Positions 18,224 to 25,888 of a stretch of DNA of 64,000 nucleotides are shown piece after piece; position 1 is the stretch's first letter; each line of letters opens with the position of its first letter. Under the pieces are notes generated by a model, which was given only the letters and a program-made list of their open reading frames with translations, did not search any database and had not been told where the DNA came from. This stretch comes from Salinispira sp. (GTDB taxonomy: Bacteria > Spirochaetota > Spirochaetia > DSM-27196 > Salinispiraceae). The position numbers and the translations under genes were made by a program. The stretch lies in contig CBDDDG010000001.1 in assembly GCA_965226555.1 (NCBI GenBank), positions 88,248-152,247 on the forward strand. The letters run 5' to 3'.

Positions 18224-18251
18224 AGTATATCAGAAACCTTTATTTATGCAA
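18224..18251 (-). promoter_or_regulatory. Sigma70-like promoter of the SIR2 operon (near-leaderless)
   Basis: Minus strand reads TTGCAT (18251-18246), a 16-nt spacer, TATACT (18229-18224), then 6 nt (CTTGTC) to the ATG at 18217. No Shine-Dalgarno sequence is present. Confidence 0.4.
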
Positions 18252-18406
18252 ACCTTTTTGATACAGTCTTCTACCCACATAGCATTCACCCCGCATTCAA
18301 GAGCAATCCGACCTTACCATATTGTATTCATCATTAACAATGATAGCACTGGGACGATATCGCCATACATGCCTTTTCTTTTGTTTTCCAAATGTATATA
18401 CTGCGA

Positions 18407-18475
18407 TAAAACTTTGCTACTGAAAACTTTGTTACTGGAAATTGTGCAAGCACAATTTTCCAATGCAAACGTTTC
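18407..18475. repeat. Palindromic repeat-family copy, 5-prime flank of the SIR2 operon
   Basis: GATAAAACTTTGCTACTGAAAACTTTGTTACTGGAAATTGTGCAAGCACAATTTTCCAATGCAAACGTTTC. Confidence 0.7.
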
Positions 18476-18499
18476 TATTACAAAGAATAGGAGATATAT

Positions 18500-19492
18500 A
18501 TGGAATATCGTAATCTTGGAAGATCGGGACTGAAGGTTTCGGCGCTTTCCTTCGGATCGTGGGTGACATTTTCATCGACAGTTGATGTTGATGCTGCGGT
18601 CGATATGATGAAAGCCGCCTTCGACGCCGGTGTGAATTTCTTTGATAACGCCGAGGCCTACGCGCAGGGAGAATCGGAAACTATTATGGGCAAGGCCCTG
18701 AAGAAAATTGGATGGAACCGCAGTGAATACACGGCATCCACCAAAATATTCTGGGGCGGTTCAGGCCCGAATCAGAGCGGTCTCTCGCGCAAGCACATTC
18801 TGGAAGGTACGGCAGCGGCGCTTACGCGTCTTCAGCTGGACTATGTGGATATGGTGTTTTGTCATCGTCCCGATTATGAAACCCCCATTGAAGAAACGGT
18901 TCGGGCAATGACCTATCTTGTGAACCAGGGCTATGCTCTGTATTGGGGAACCAGCGAATGGAGCGCATATCAGCTTCGCGCAGCATACGACATTGCCGAA
19001 CAGGAACACCTCATTCCGCCTGTTATGGAGCAGCCCGAATACAATATGTTCTTCCGTGAGCGTTTTGAAGTTGAATATGCTCCCCTGTACAGCGATTTTG
19101 GACTTGGTACGACAATTTGGAGTCCGCTCTCTTCCGGAGTTCTCACCGGTAAATACGGAAAGGGAATTTCCGATGGACGTCTCACCATGGAAGGATACGA
19201 ATGGCTCAGGGAACGCTGGGAATCGGATGATGGACGCAGAAAAATTGAAACAGTGGAAAAGCTCCGTCCGATAGCCGGTGACATCGGCGCAACGCTTGCC
19301 CAGCTTGCCATTGCCTGGACCCTCAGAAACCCGCATGTGAGTACCTGTATTACCGGTGCCAGCAGGATATCGCAGCTCCATGAAAACCTCAAAGCCATGG
19401 ATATTCTTCCCAAGCTCACCGATGATGTTATGGAAGAAATAGAAAAGGTTCTGAATAACAAGCCCGAATTTCCCCGTAACTGGAGGGGCTAG
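18500..19492 (+). CDS. Aldo/keto reductase (Kv-beta-like AKR)
   Basis: 330 aa. MEYRNLGRSGLKVSALSFGSW, DNAEAYAQGESE, VFCHRPD. RBS GGAG upstream. Confidence 0.85.
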   Translation: MEYRNLGRSGLKVSALSFGSWVTFSSTVDVDAAVDMMKAAFDAGVNFFDNAEAYAQGESETIMGKALKKIGWNRSEYTASTKIFWGGSGPNQSGLSRKHILEGTAAALTRLQLDYVDMVFCHRPDYETPIEETVRAMTYLVNQGYALYWGTSEWSAYQLRAAYDIAEQEHLIPPVMEQPEYNMFFRERFEVEYAPLYSDFGLGTTIWSPLSSGVLTGKYGKGISDGRLTMEGYEWLRERWESDDGRRKIETVEKLRPIAGDIGATLAQLAIAWTLRNPHVSTCITGASRISQLHENLKAMDILPKLTDDVMEEIEKVLNNKPEFPRNWRG

Positions 19493-19592
19493 GGGATGCC
19501 ATAATACCTCATGTTGTTTGATGTGAGTCGATGGATGTGGGAATGATGATGGGAATGAGTATATGAAGTCCCTGAATATCCGGGGATTTTCA

Positions 19593-19712
19593 ATTGCGCT
19601 TATTGACATAGACGACCTAATCGTTGTAGAAACAGAAGACGCCCTGCTTATAAGCAGGCGGGGGTCGGGGCAGAAAGTAAAGCAGGTGGTGGAGAACATA
19701 GAATTAATATGA
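19593..19712 (+). pseudogene. Orphan 3-prime fragment of a manC copy (last ~39 codons)
   Basis: Translates as IALIDIDDLIVVETEDALLISRRGSGQKVKQVVENIELI*, versus the manC C-terminus IALIDIDDLIVVETEDALLISRQGSGQKVKQVVEIINALK*. Its TGA overlaps the ATG of the next gene (ATGA). Confidence 0.8.
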
Positions 19713-20347
19713 ATTTTTCGAAAATAAGTATGTATTGTATCGGTATATTATCCGCATTATTCATCCTGTCCTGCGCCAGCATACCGCCCGAAGCAGTTGA
19801 GCTTTCAACAGCGGTGGAATCGCGAATTACTGAAACAAAGTCCATGCATCAATCGCTGGTGAGAAGCTATTTCGATGCCCGATATGCTCTTGTTGACGAT
19901 TATATGTATAATGAGTATGTGGACGACTATATTGAAAATATATTCAATAACCCTGCCATTCACGAAGCATGGAATGAGATCAGAACTGGTGAAAATGAGG
20001 AAGACAGAAACATGTTCTTCCGAGTTGTGACCCTGCGGCTCTTTCAGAATGTGCAGGATCAACGCAAGCAGCTTATATCTCCCATTCAAGAACGGGAAAA
20101 CGAGTTATTGCAGGCATTAGACCAATACTATGGCGATACTCTGGCAGCTCATAGATACATTACAGACCTGTTGGCATCGGCGGCAGACCTCAATGCAACT
20201 CGTAATGAACTATTCGCCGACATTGTTGGCGAAACCCCCGATTTTTCAGGTATTATTGATCAGATTAATCGGGCAAGCAACACGCTACGAGCTGGCGGAG
20301 AAAGCGCAGAAGAAGCATTGAACAAGACTTTGGAAATAATCCAGTAA
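19709..20347 (+). CDS. Putative lipoprotein, function unknown
   Basis: 212 aa. Signal peptide with lipobox (ILSALFILSC-ASIP). The remainder is predicted helical. Confidence 0.6.
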   Translation: MNFSKISMYCIGILSALFILSCASIPPEAVELSTAVESRITETKSMHQSLVRSYFDARYALVDDYMYNEYVDDYIENIFNNPAIHEAWNEIRTGENEEDRNMFFRVVTLRLFQNVQDQRKQLISPIQERENELLQALDQYYGDTLAAHRYITDLLASAADLNATRNELFADIVGETPDFSGIIDQINRASNTLRAGGESAEEALNKTLEIIQ

Positions 20348-20352
20348 CCATA

Positions 20353-20407
20353 ACAAAGTTTTGCTACTGGAAATTGTGCACGCACAATTTTCCAATGCAA
20401 AAGTTTC
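20353..20407. repeat. Single-hairpin copy of the palindromic repeat family between two co-oriented genes
   Basis: ACAAAGTTTTGCTACTGGAAATTGTGCACGCACAATTTTCCAATGCAAAAGTTTC, immediately followed by the RBS AAGGAGG. Confidence 0.75.
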
Positions 20408-20424
20408 TAAGGAGGAAAAATTTT

Positions 20425-20685
20425 ATGGCAATTAATTGGAATAACGTAACGAAGGGAATAGATGAATCAAAACCAGATATTCCCTCCAGGATATCGTCCC
20501 TTACCCATTTCACCGACAAAGAGATTAGCTCATTGTTTCCTGCTGCGGGGGATCAGAAGAATCTTGCCGATTTAATGGCGACGGTAAAGAATGCCACCAA
20601 TGAAAATGCAAAGCAGAAGGCGATAATTGACAATGTAACGAAGTTTGCAAAAACACTTGTCACCATTATTGATAAGGTGGTGTAA
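20425..20685 (+). CDS. Small hypothetical protein (86 aa)
   Basis: ATG 20425 lies 7 nt after AAGGAGG (MAINWNNVTKG...). The ORF-track start 20374 falls inside the repeat element. Confidence 0.5.
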   Translation: MAINWNNVTKGIDESKPDIPSRISSLTHFTDKEISSLFPAAGDQKNLADLMATVKNATNENAKQKAIIDNVTKFAKTLVTIIDKVV

Positions 20686-20688
20686 TTT

Positions 20689-21045
20689 ATGCTGAGTTTA
20701 ATTATCGCTGAAGCAATAGTTTTTGTTTCAACAGTACTAATAGTGATTGCGGCCTACACAAGAGCTGGCAAAATGAATGATGAGCATTTACGAGGACTTG
20801 CCCTCCCGAGGGGAAGTGTTCGAGCCATTTTCACATTATGGCTGGTTGGGTCATTTGCGGTTTTCACGTTATTTGGCGAGGAAGCAATGTCGAGTGTTGA
20901 GGCATATCAGCAGGGGTTATCTGCCCTCTCTGGAGTTACCGGATCGGTATTAGGTTTCTACTTTGGCGGACGCAGCGCAACCCCGCTCCCCGAGTCTGAA
21001 AAGAACCCCGCATCGAAAGCAGAACAGAATTCCATATCAACGTGA
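20689..21045 (+). CDS. Small membrane protein (about 3 TM helices)
   Basis: 118 aa with hydrophobic segments IIAEAIVFVSTVLIVIAAY, AIFTLWLVGSFAVFTLF and LSGVTGSVLGFYFG. Starts 4 nt after the previous stop. Confidence 0.5.
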   Translation: MLSLIIAEAIVFVSTVLIVIAAYTRAGKMNDEHLRGLALPRGSVRAIFTLWLVGSFAVFTLFGEEAMSSVEAYQQGLSALSGVTGSVLGFYFGGRSATPLPESEKNPASKAEQNSIST

Positions 21046-21114
21046 TCGTGAGGTCATCGAAAGGGCATCGCGAACTATGGGAGCCCTCTCTTTTTGGGTG
21101 CGAAACGCTGGCTA

Positions 21115-22374
21115 ATGATACAGACAATTTTTAAGTATGGCATGAGTGAATTTTTTGCGAAGGGCCTGAATGTTATACTCCTATCGCTCGTATTACCCGC
21201 GCTGCTCGACATTGAAAGTTACGGACAGGTCGCTATCATTATTGCGATTGAAATGATTTTTCTTGTATTACTGACCTGTAATCAAAACACCGTAATGCTC
21301 CGCTTATATAGTTCTTTCAAAGGAAAACTATTCCATCTCTATAGTGTTTCATTTGGAATTGTTCTAATAATGGCTGCTGTTTTACTCATTTTGTACGTTG
21401 CGTTGTTTGCAACAAATATATTGAACTTTGAGAATATTAAAAATTATACAATTCTCTTTATTATTATTGCGGCTGCATTACAAGGACAATTTGCGTTATA
21501 TCTTGCCTATCTTCGAAAGGAAAACAGGGTCGACGAGTACGGCATTAGTCGAATATGTTATCAGATAGTTAAATTCTGTATAGTTGCGGGAGGAGCTGTA
21601 ATACTCAGAGATGTCACAGCGTACCCCCTCGGCATTTTGGTATCGAATATTGTCGTATTTGTGTTTATCGGAGTTAGAAATCGGCATCGTTTTACAACTT
21701 TCAGAGTACATTTTTCAGAAATTTTCACTAATGTGAAATCGGTTTTTAAAGACAATATGCATATTGCGCTTCCTCTGACCATAAGTTCGCTTATTACATC
21801 AATGTATACCTTTATTGATCGATTCATACTTCAGTATTTTCTCACTATGCAACAGGTAGGAGTCTATAATTTTGCGCTTACCTTAGGAAATACGATCTAT
21901 TTTTTTGTTTACGTTCTCAGCCTATCCTATGTTCCGGTTATATATGAAAACAAGGAGTATGATCATCATACCGCTAAGCTCTTACGTACATTTCTTATTG
22001 TCGCAATGCTTACTTCCCTGGGCGCAGTCGTTGTAATATATTTTTTCATATTTCCATTTACGCTGCAATTTGTTCCATCGGACTATGAGGATGGGCGGGT
22101 AGTTCTCCTTCTTGCATCCGGTGCAATGGTTATTAATACACTAACCTTGTATGGCACCTATACCTTGATCAGCCTGCGGAAAGTGATACTAATACCCATT
22201 CTTACACTTGGCGCATTAATTATTAAAGTAATTCTGAACTATTTTTTTATTCCATTGTATGGAATTAATGGTTCAGGTATGGCAGTCATTCTCAGTGAAT
22301 TTTTGCATGGGCTTTCGTTTATAATTGTCGCTCGGGTACTTGTAAACAGAAATCGAAGCAAGATCAGTTTGTAG
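21115..22374 (+). CDS. Polysaccharide biosynthesis protein / Wzx-type flippase
   Basis: About 12 predicted TM segments and 419 aa from ATG 21115 (the ORF track uses TTG 21094). First gene of the AT-rich glycan block. Confidence 0.65.
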   Translation: MIQTIFKYGMSEFFAKGLNVILLSLVLPALLDIESYGQVAIIIAIEMIFLVLLTCNQNTVMLRLYSSFKGKLFHLYSVSFGIVLIMAAVLLILYVALFATNILNFENIKNYTILFIIIAAALQGQFALYLAYLRKENRVDEYGISRICYQIVKFCIVAGGAVILRDVTAYPLGILVSNIVVFVFIGVRNRHRFTTFRVHFSEIFTNVKSVFKDNMHIALPLTISSLITSMYTFIDRFILQYFLTMQQVGVYNFALTLGNTIYFFVYVLSLSYVPVIYENKEYDHHTAKLLRTFLIVAMLTSLGAVVVIYFFIFPFTLQFVPSDYEDGRVVLLLASGAMVINTLTLYGTYTLISLRKVILIPILTLGALIIKVILNYFFIPLYGINGSGMAVILSEFLHGLSFIIVARVLVNRNRSKISL

Positions 22375-22489
22375 TGTGTAATGAAATGAGAAACGATGAA
22401 TTATTTTCTGGTTGAATTCGCCCGCTTGTAAAAAAAATTATGGACAAGTATAATAGAATTATGCAAAAATTTCTACAAGGAGAATCATT

Positions 22490-23365
22490 GTGGTAAAAGT
22501 TGTCGGTGAAATTGGGTGCAATCATCAAGGAAAAATGGACATTGCAAAAGAGCTCATTAAAATAGCGGCTGTTTTTTGCAAATGTGACTACGTTAAGTTC
22601 CAGAAGAGATCAAATAAGGAACTTCTAACTGTAGAAGAGTACAATGCTCCCCACCCTGTTCCGAAGAACTCTTATGGAAGAACCTATGGTGAGCACAGAG
22701 AATTTCTTGAATTCAACTTAGATCAACATAAAAAACTCCAACATTTGTGTAATGAATTTAATATCGGATACTCGACATCTGTATGGGATATGACTTCAGC
22801 CCGAGAAATGTCTACCCTCAATTGCGATTTTATCAAAATACCTTCTGCCTGTAATTTAGACTATACAACCCAAAAATATCTCATTGAAAATTTCCATGGT
22901 GACATTCACGTTTCCACAGGAATGACCACAAAAAACGAAATTGAAGCGATTGTTCGTTTTTATGAAGAAAACAATGCCGCCCATCGACTTGTTTTATATG
23001 TATGCACTTCAGGATACCCTGTGAGTTTTGAAGATGTTTGTTTGTTGGAAATTACTCGCTTTAAAAAACTTTACGCCGCGAGGGTTAAGGAAATTGCCTT
23101 CTCAGGGCATCATCTTGGAATTGCTGCGGATATAGCCGCAGTCACTTTGGGAGCTGCCTGGATAGAAAGACACTACACGCTTGACAGGGCATGGAAAGGA
23201 ACTGACCACGCGGCATCCTTAGAACCCGATGGTTTAAGAAAACTCACAAGAGACATAAAAGCTGTCGAAAAGACCCTTACCTACAAGAATAAAGATATTC
23301 TGGACATCGAAAATGTCCAGCGAAGAAAACTCAAAAGAACCCGGGAGAATTTTGCCCATGCTTAA
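22490..23365 (+). CDS. neuB: N-acylneuraminate(-9-phosphate)/nonulosonate synthase family protein lacking the C-terminal SAF domain
   Basis: GEIGCNHQGKMDIAKELI, VKFQKR, IKIPSACN, TGMTT, FSGHHLG. Only 291 aa, versus about 340-350 aa for NeuB with an SAF domain (from memory). Confidence 0.75.
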   Translation: MVKVVGEIGCNHQGKMDIAKELIKIAAVFCKCDYVKFQKRSNKELLTVEEYNAPHPVPKNSYGRTYGEHREFLEFNLDQHKKLQHLCNEFNIGYSTSVWDMTSAREMSTLNCDFIKIPSACNLDYTTQKYLIENFHGDIHVSTGMTTKNEIEAIVRFYEENNAAHRLVLYVCTSGYPVSFEDVCLLEITRFKKLYAARVKEIAFSGHHLGIAADIAAVTLGAAWIERHYTLDRAWKGTDHAASLEPDGLRKLTRDIKAVEKTLTYKNKDILDIENVQRRKLKRTRENFAHA

Positions 23366-24530
23366 AAAAATCGTAGCTCTCATTCCACTTAGGGGGGGAT
23401 CAAAAAGCATTCCTCACAAAAATATCAAAGTAATAGCTGGGAGACCCCTCTTTTTCTGGACAACGCGAGCCGCTGTTGAATCTAACGTTTTTTCTGATGT
23501 TTATATATCCACAGATTCAAACGAAATTACGGAATGTGTTCGCAAATATTTTAATGAAACAGAAGTTACCGTGCTAAAGAGAGCCGATTATTTGGCAACC
23601 GATGAAGCCTCGACAGAAGCCGTTATGCTCAATTTTGCCAGCAAATACGATTTTACTGATATATGTCTTATACAGGCAACATCTCCCATCACAAGTGTTC
23701 AGGATATAAAAAACGCCTTCCTGTTATATACGCAAAACAAATTCGACTCCCTTTTTACAGCCGTACAATTTAAACGATTTTTATGGGGGTATGATTCCAA
23801 CCCCATTACCTATGATTTTCGCAACCGCCCGCGAAGACAGGAATTTAAAGGCTGTCTTATGGAAAACGGATCGTTTTATTTTACCCGGCGCGAAATTTTG
23901 TTGAACGAGAAAAACCGTCTCGGAGGGAAAATTGGCTATTATGTTATGGCTGAAGAAACAGCCGTTGAAATAGATGAACCGAGCGATTGGGATATTGTTG
24001 CTCGCCTCATCCAAAAAAACTCTCTTCTCTATTTTAAACGTTCCCTAGAACACATTAGGGCCATAATTTTCGATGTTGATGGAACCATGACCGATGCGGG
24101 AATGTATTATGGCGAAACCGGTGAAACTCTCAAAAAATTTAACACACGCGATGCTGAGGGAATCGCTTGTTTAAGAGAACAGGGAATAAAAATAGGTGTT
24201 ATTACGGGAGAGAACAGCCCTTCAGTCACCTCAAGAATGAATAAACTACAAATTGAATGCTATGAGAAGGACGTTTCTAACAAATTGCCAGTATTCAATA
24301 AAATGATACAGAAATGGGGATTGTTGCCTTCTCAGGTTGGCTATATGGGCGATGACATTAGTGACAAATTATGCATGGAAGCTGCGGGTTATAGTTTCTG
24401 CCCCCAAGATGCCGTTGAGAATGTAAAACATCTTGCGGGCTTTGTCTGCGCTGAAAAATCGGGAGAAGGGGCGGTAAGAGAAGTGGCCAATGTAATACTA
24501 AAAAACATATCGCCTGCCCAATTGTCATAA
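23358..24530 (+). CDS. neuA: Fusion protein: CMP-nonulosonate synthetase (cytidylyltransferase) + HAD-type (KDO8P/Neu-9-P-like) phosphatase
   Basis: N-terminal half has ALIPLRGGSKSIPHKNIK. C-terminal half has IFDVDGTMTD (DxDGT), ITGENS and MGDDISD. ATG 23358 overlaps the neuB stop (ATGCTTAA). Confidence 0.75.
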   Translation: MLKKIVALIPLRGGSKSIPHKNIKVIAGRPLFFWTTRAAVESNVFSDVYISTDSNEITECVRKYFNETEVTVLKRADYLATDEASTEAVMLNFASKYDFTDICLIQATSPITSVQDIKNAFLLYTQNKFDSLFTAVQFKRFLWGYDSNPITYDFRNRPRRQEFKGCLMENGSFYFTRREILLNEKNRLGGKIGYYVMAEETAVEIDEPSDWDIVARLIQKNSLLYFKRSLEHIRAIIFDVDGTMTDAGMYYGETGETLKKFNTRDAEGIACLREQGIKIGVITGENSPSVTSRMNKLQIECYEKDVSNKLPVFNKMIQKWGLLPSQVGYMGDDISDKLCMEAAGYSFCPQDAVENVKHLAGFVCAEKSGEGAVREVANVILKNISPAQLS

Positions 24531-24531
24531 C

Positions 24532-25788
24532 ATGAAAAAAATTATCTATTTCGATTCCTGGACACTGGGAATTCAGAATTATTGTTCCATTGACAGACTA
24601 CTGCGAAACGACTGTCAGACTCTCCTTCTCCATGTAGAAAGTCTGGTAGTTCCCTATTTCGCTTCTCATGTTGACACCTCCTGGTATAGAGCTGAAAAAG
24701 AACAAAGAATCTCCGGTATCCATTGTAAGGATATTTCCGCGTACAACGGAATGACAATTGCGGACATTCTGAAAACAGAAGCCCCCAATGTTGTTGTGCA
24801 GCTAAATGTGTCGCATCTTCAGAACCGAATGGTAACAGCAGCCTGCAAGCGTCTGGGTATAAAGGTAGTGTTTATGATGCACGGCGCAATCCGCAACCTG
24901 AATGAGGCCGAGTCGCTTGCTACCAGCCTGACAGAATCGCATAAACATAATATTTCGCTTAAAGTCAAAAAAATCCGTAAATATATCAGGCTTCTGCGTG
25001 AATACCACGCGGCTTCAGGGAAAATCAGCGATACCCTAAACATTGCCCGACAAGTATTTTCTTCACCGTTTAAATTCACATGGAATCCAGAGCCTCATTT
25101 TTCATTAAATGTCGACAAATCTTTCGTCTATACAATTGCAGACATTCATTCTCTGTCGGAAGTATTTGGCATTCCATTAAAAAATAGTATGGCTGTCGGG
25201 AATCCAAAACTGGATCCGATATTGTCTGAACCGCATCAGAAAACACAACGGCAGTCTGATAAACTGAGGCTTTTATATATTGAAGGATCGGTCAATGATC
25301 TGAAGATGATGGATGATTCACAGCAAATGAATATTCTTTCATTTCTGAACGAAGCGGCAAAGCGAAACAAACTTGAATTTGTTATTAGACTCCACCCCGG
25401 TACAAACCGAAAGAATTTCATTCAGAAATTTGGTTCCGAGTATCAGTATTCGCCAGCAGATGAATCGTTGAAAAACTCCCTCCTTAATGCAACAATAATT
25501 ACCGGGCATCACTCAACAGCAATGCTGGAAAGTATTGCCTACCGCATACCGACCATTTCCCTGTTGTGGTTTGGAGGGGCACTCCAGCGCATTGTTGTTA
25601 ATGAACATGATGTGGGAATTGTCAGACAAAAGAGCTCATTTGAAGAAAAACTGCGGGAGTTTCTTAAAAACGGCTGGATGCAGGAAGAAACCCGCAAAAC
25701 ATTATTTCCCCGGGGTGACATACCCGCGGCAGAAAATATTGTTGCGGAAATTAGGAAATTGGCAGACACAGAATCTGCCGTATTATGA
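24532..25788 (+). CDS. Hypothetical protein, possible sialyl/nonulosonyl-transferase
   Basis: 418 aa. YIEGS and IRLHPGT resemble the D/E-D/E-G and HP motifs described for bacterial sialyltransferases. Sits immediately after neuB-neuA. Confidence 0.35.
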   Translation: MKKIIYFDSWTLGIQNYCSIDRLLRNDCQTLLLHVESLVVPYFASHVDTSWYRAEKEQRISGIHCKDISAYNGMTIADILKTEAPNVVVQLNVSHLQNRMVTAACKRLGIKVVFMMHGAIRNLNEAESLATSLTESHKHNISLKVKKIRKYIRLLREYHAASGKISDTLNIARQVFSSPFKFTWNPEPHFSLNVDKSFVYTIADIHSLSEVFGIPLKNSMAVGNPKLDPILSEPHQKTQRQSDKLRLLYIEGSVNDLKMMDDSQQMNILSFLNEAAKRNKLEFVIRLHPGTNRKNFIQKFGSEYQYSPADESLKNSLLNATIITGHHSTAMLESIAYRIPTISLLWFGGALQRIVVNEHDVGIVRQKSSFEEKLREFLKNGWMQEETRKTLFPRGDIPAAENIVAEIRKLADTESAVL

Positions 25789-25888
25789 AAAAATTAATTC
25801 TGGCCTATGGTTTCAGCGAAGGTATAGCGAAAAGCTTGAACATGCGGATAATGGCGCGCGGAACGCAGAGCATTCCAAAGGAATAAGT

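Noticed and set aside
18761-19699. 312-aa minus-strand ORF spanning the AKR gene and the manC fragment
   Set aside because: It is antisense to a clear aldo/keto reductase. Its N-terminus (MFSTTCFTFCPDP...) is simply the reverse reading of the duplicated manC 3-prime end, as is ORF 1933-2121.
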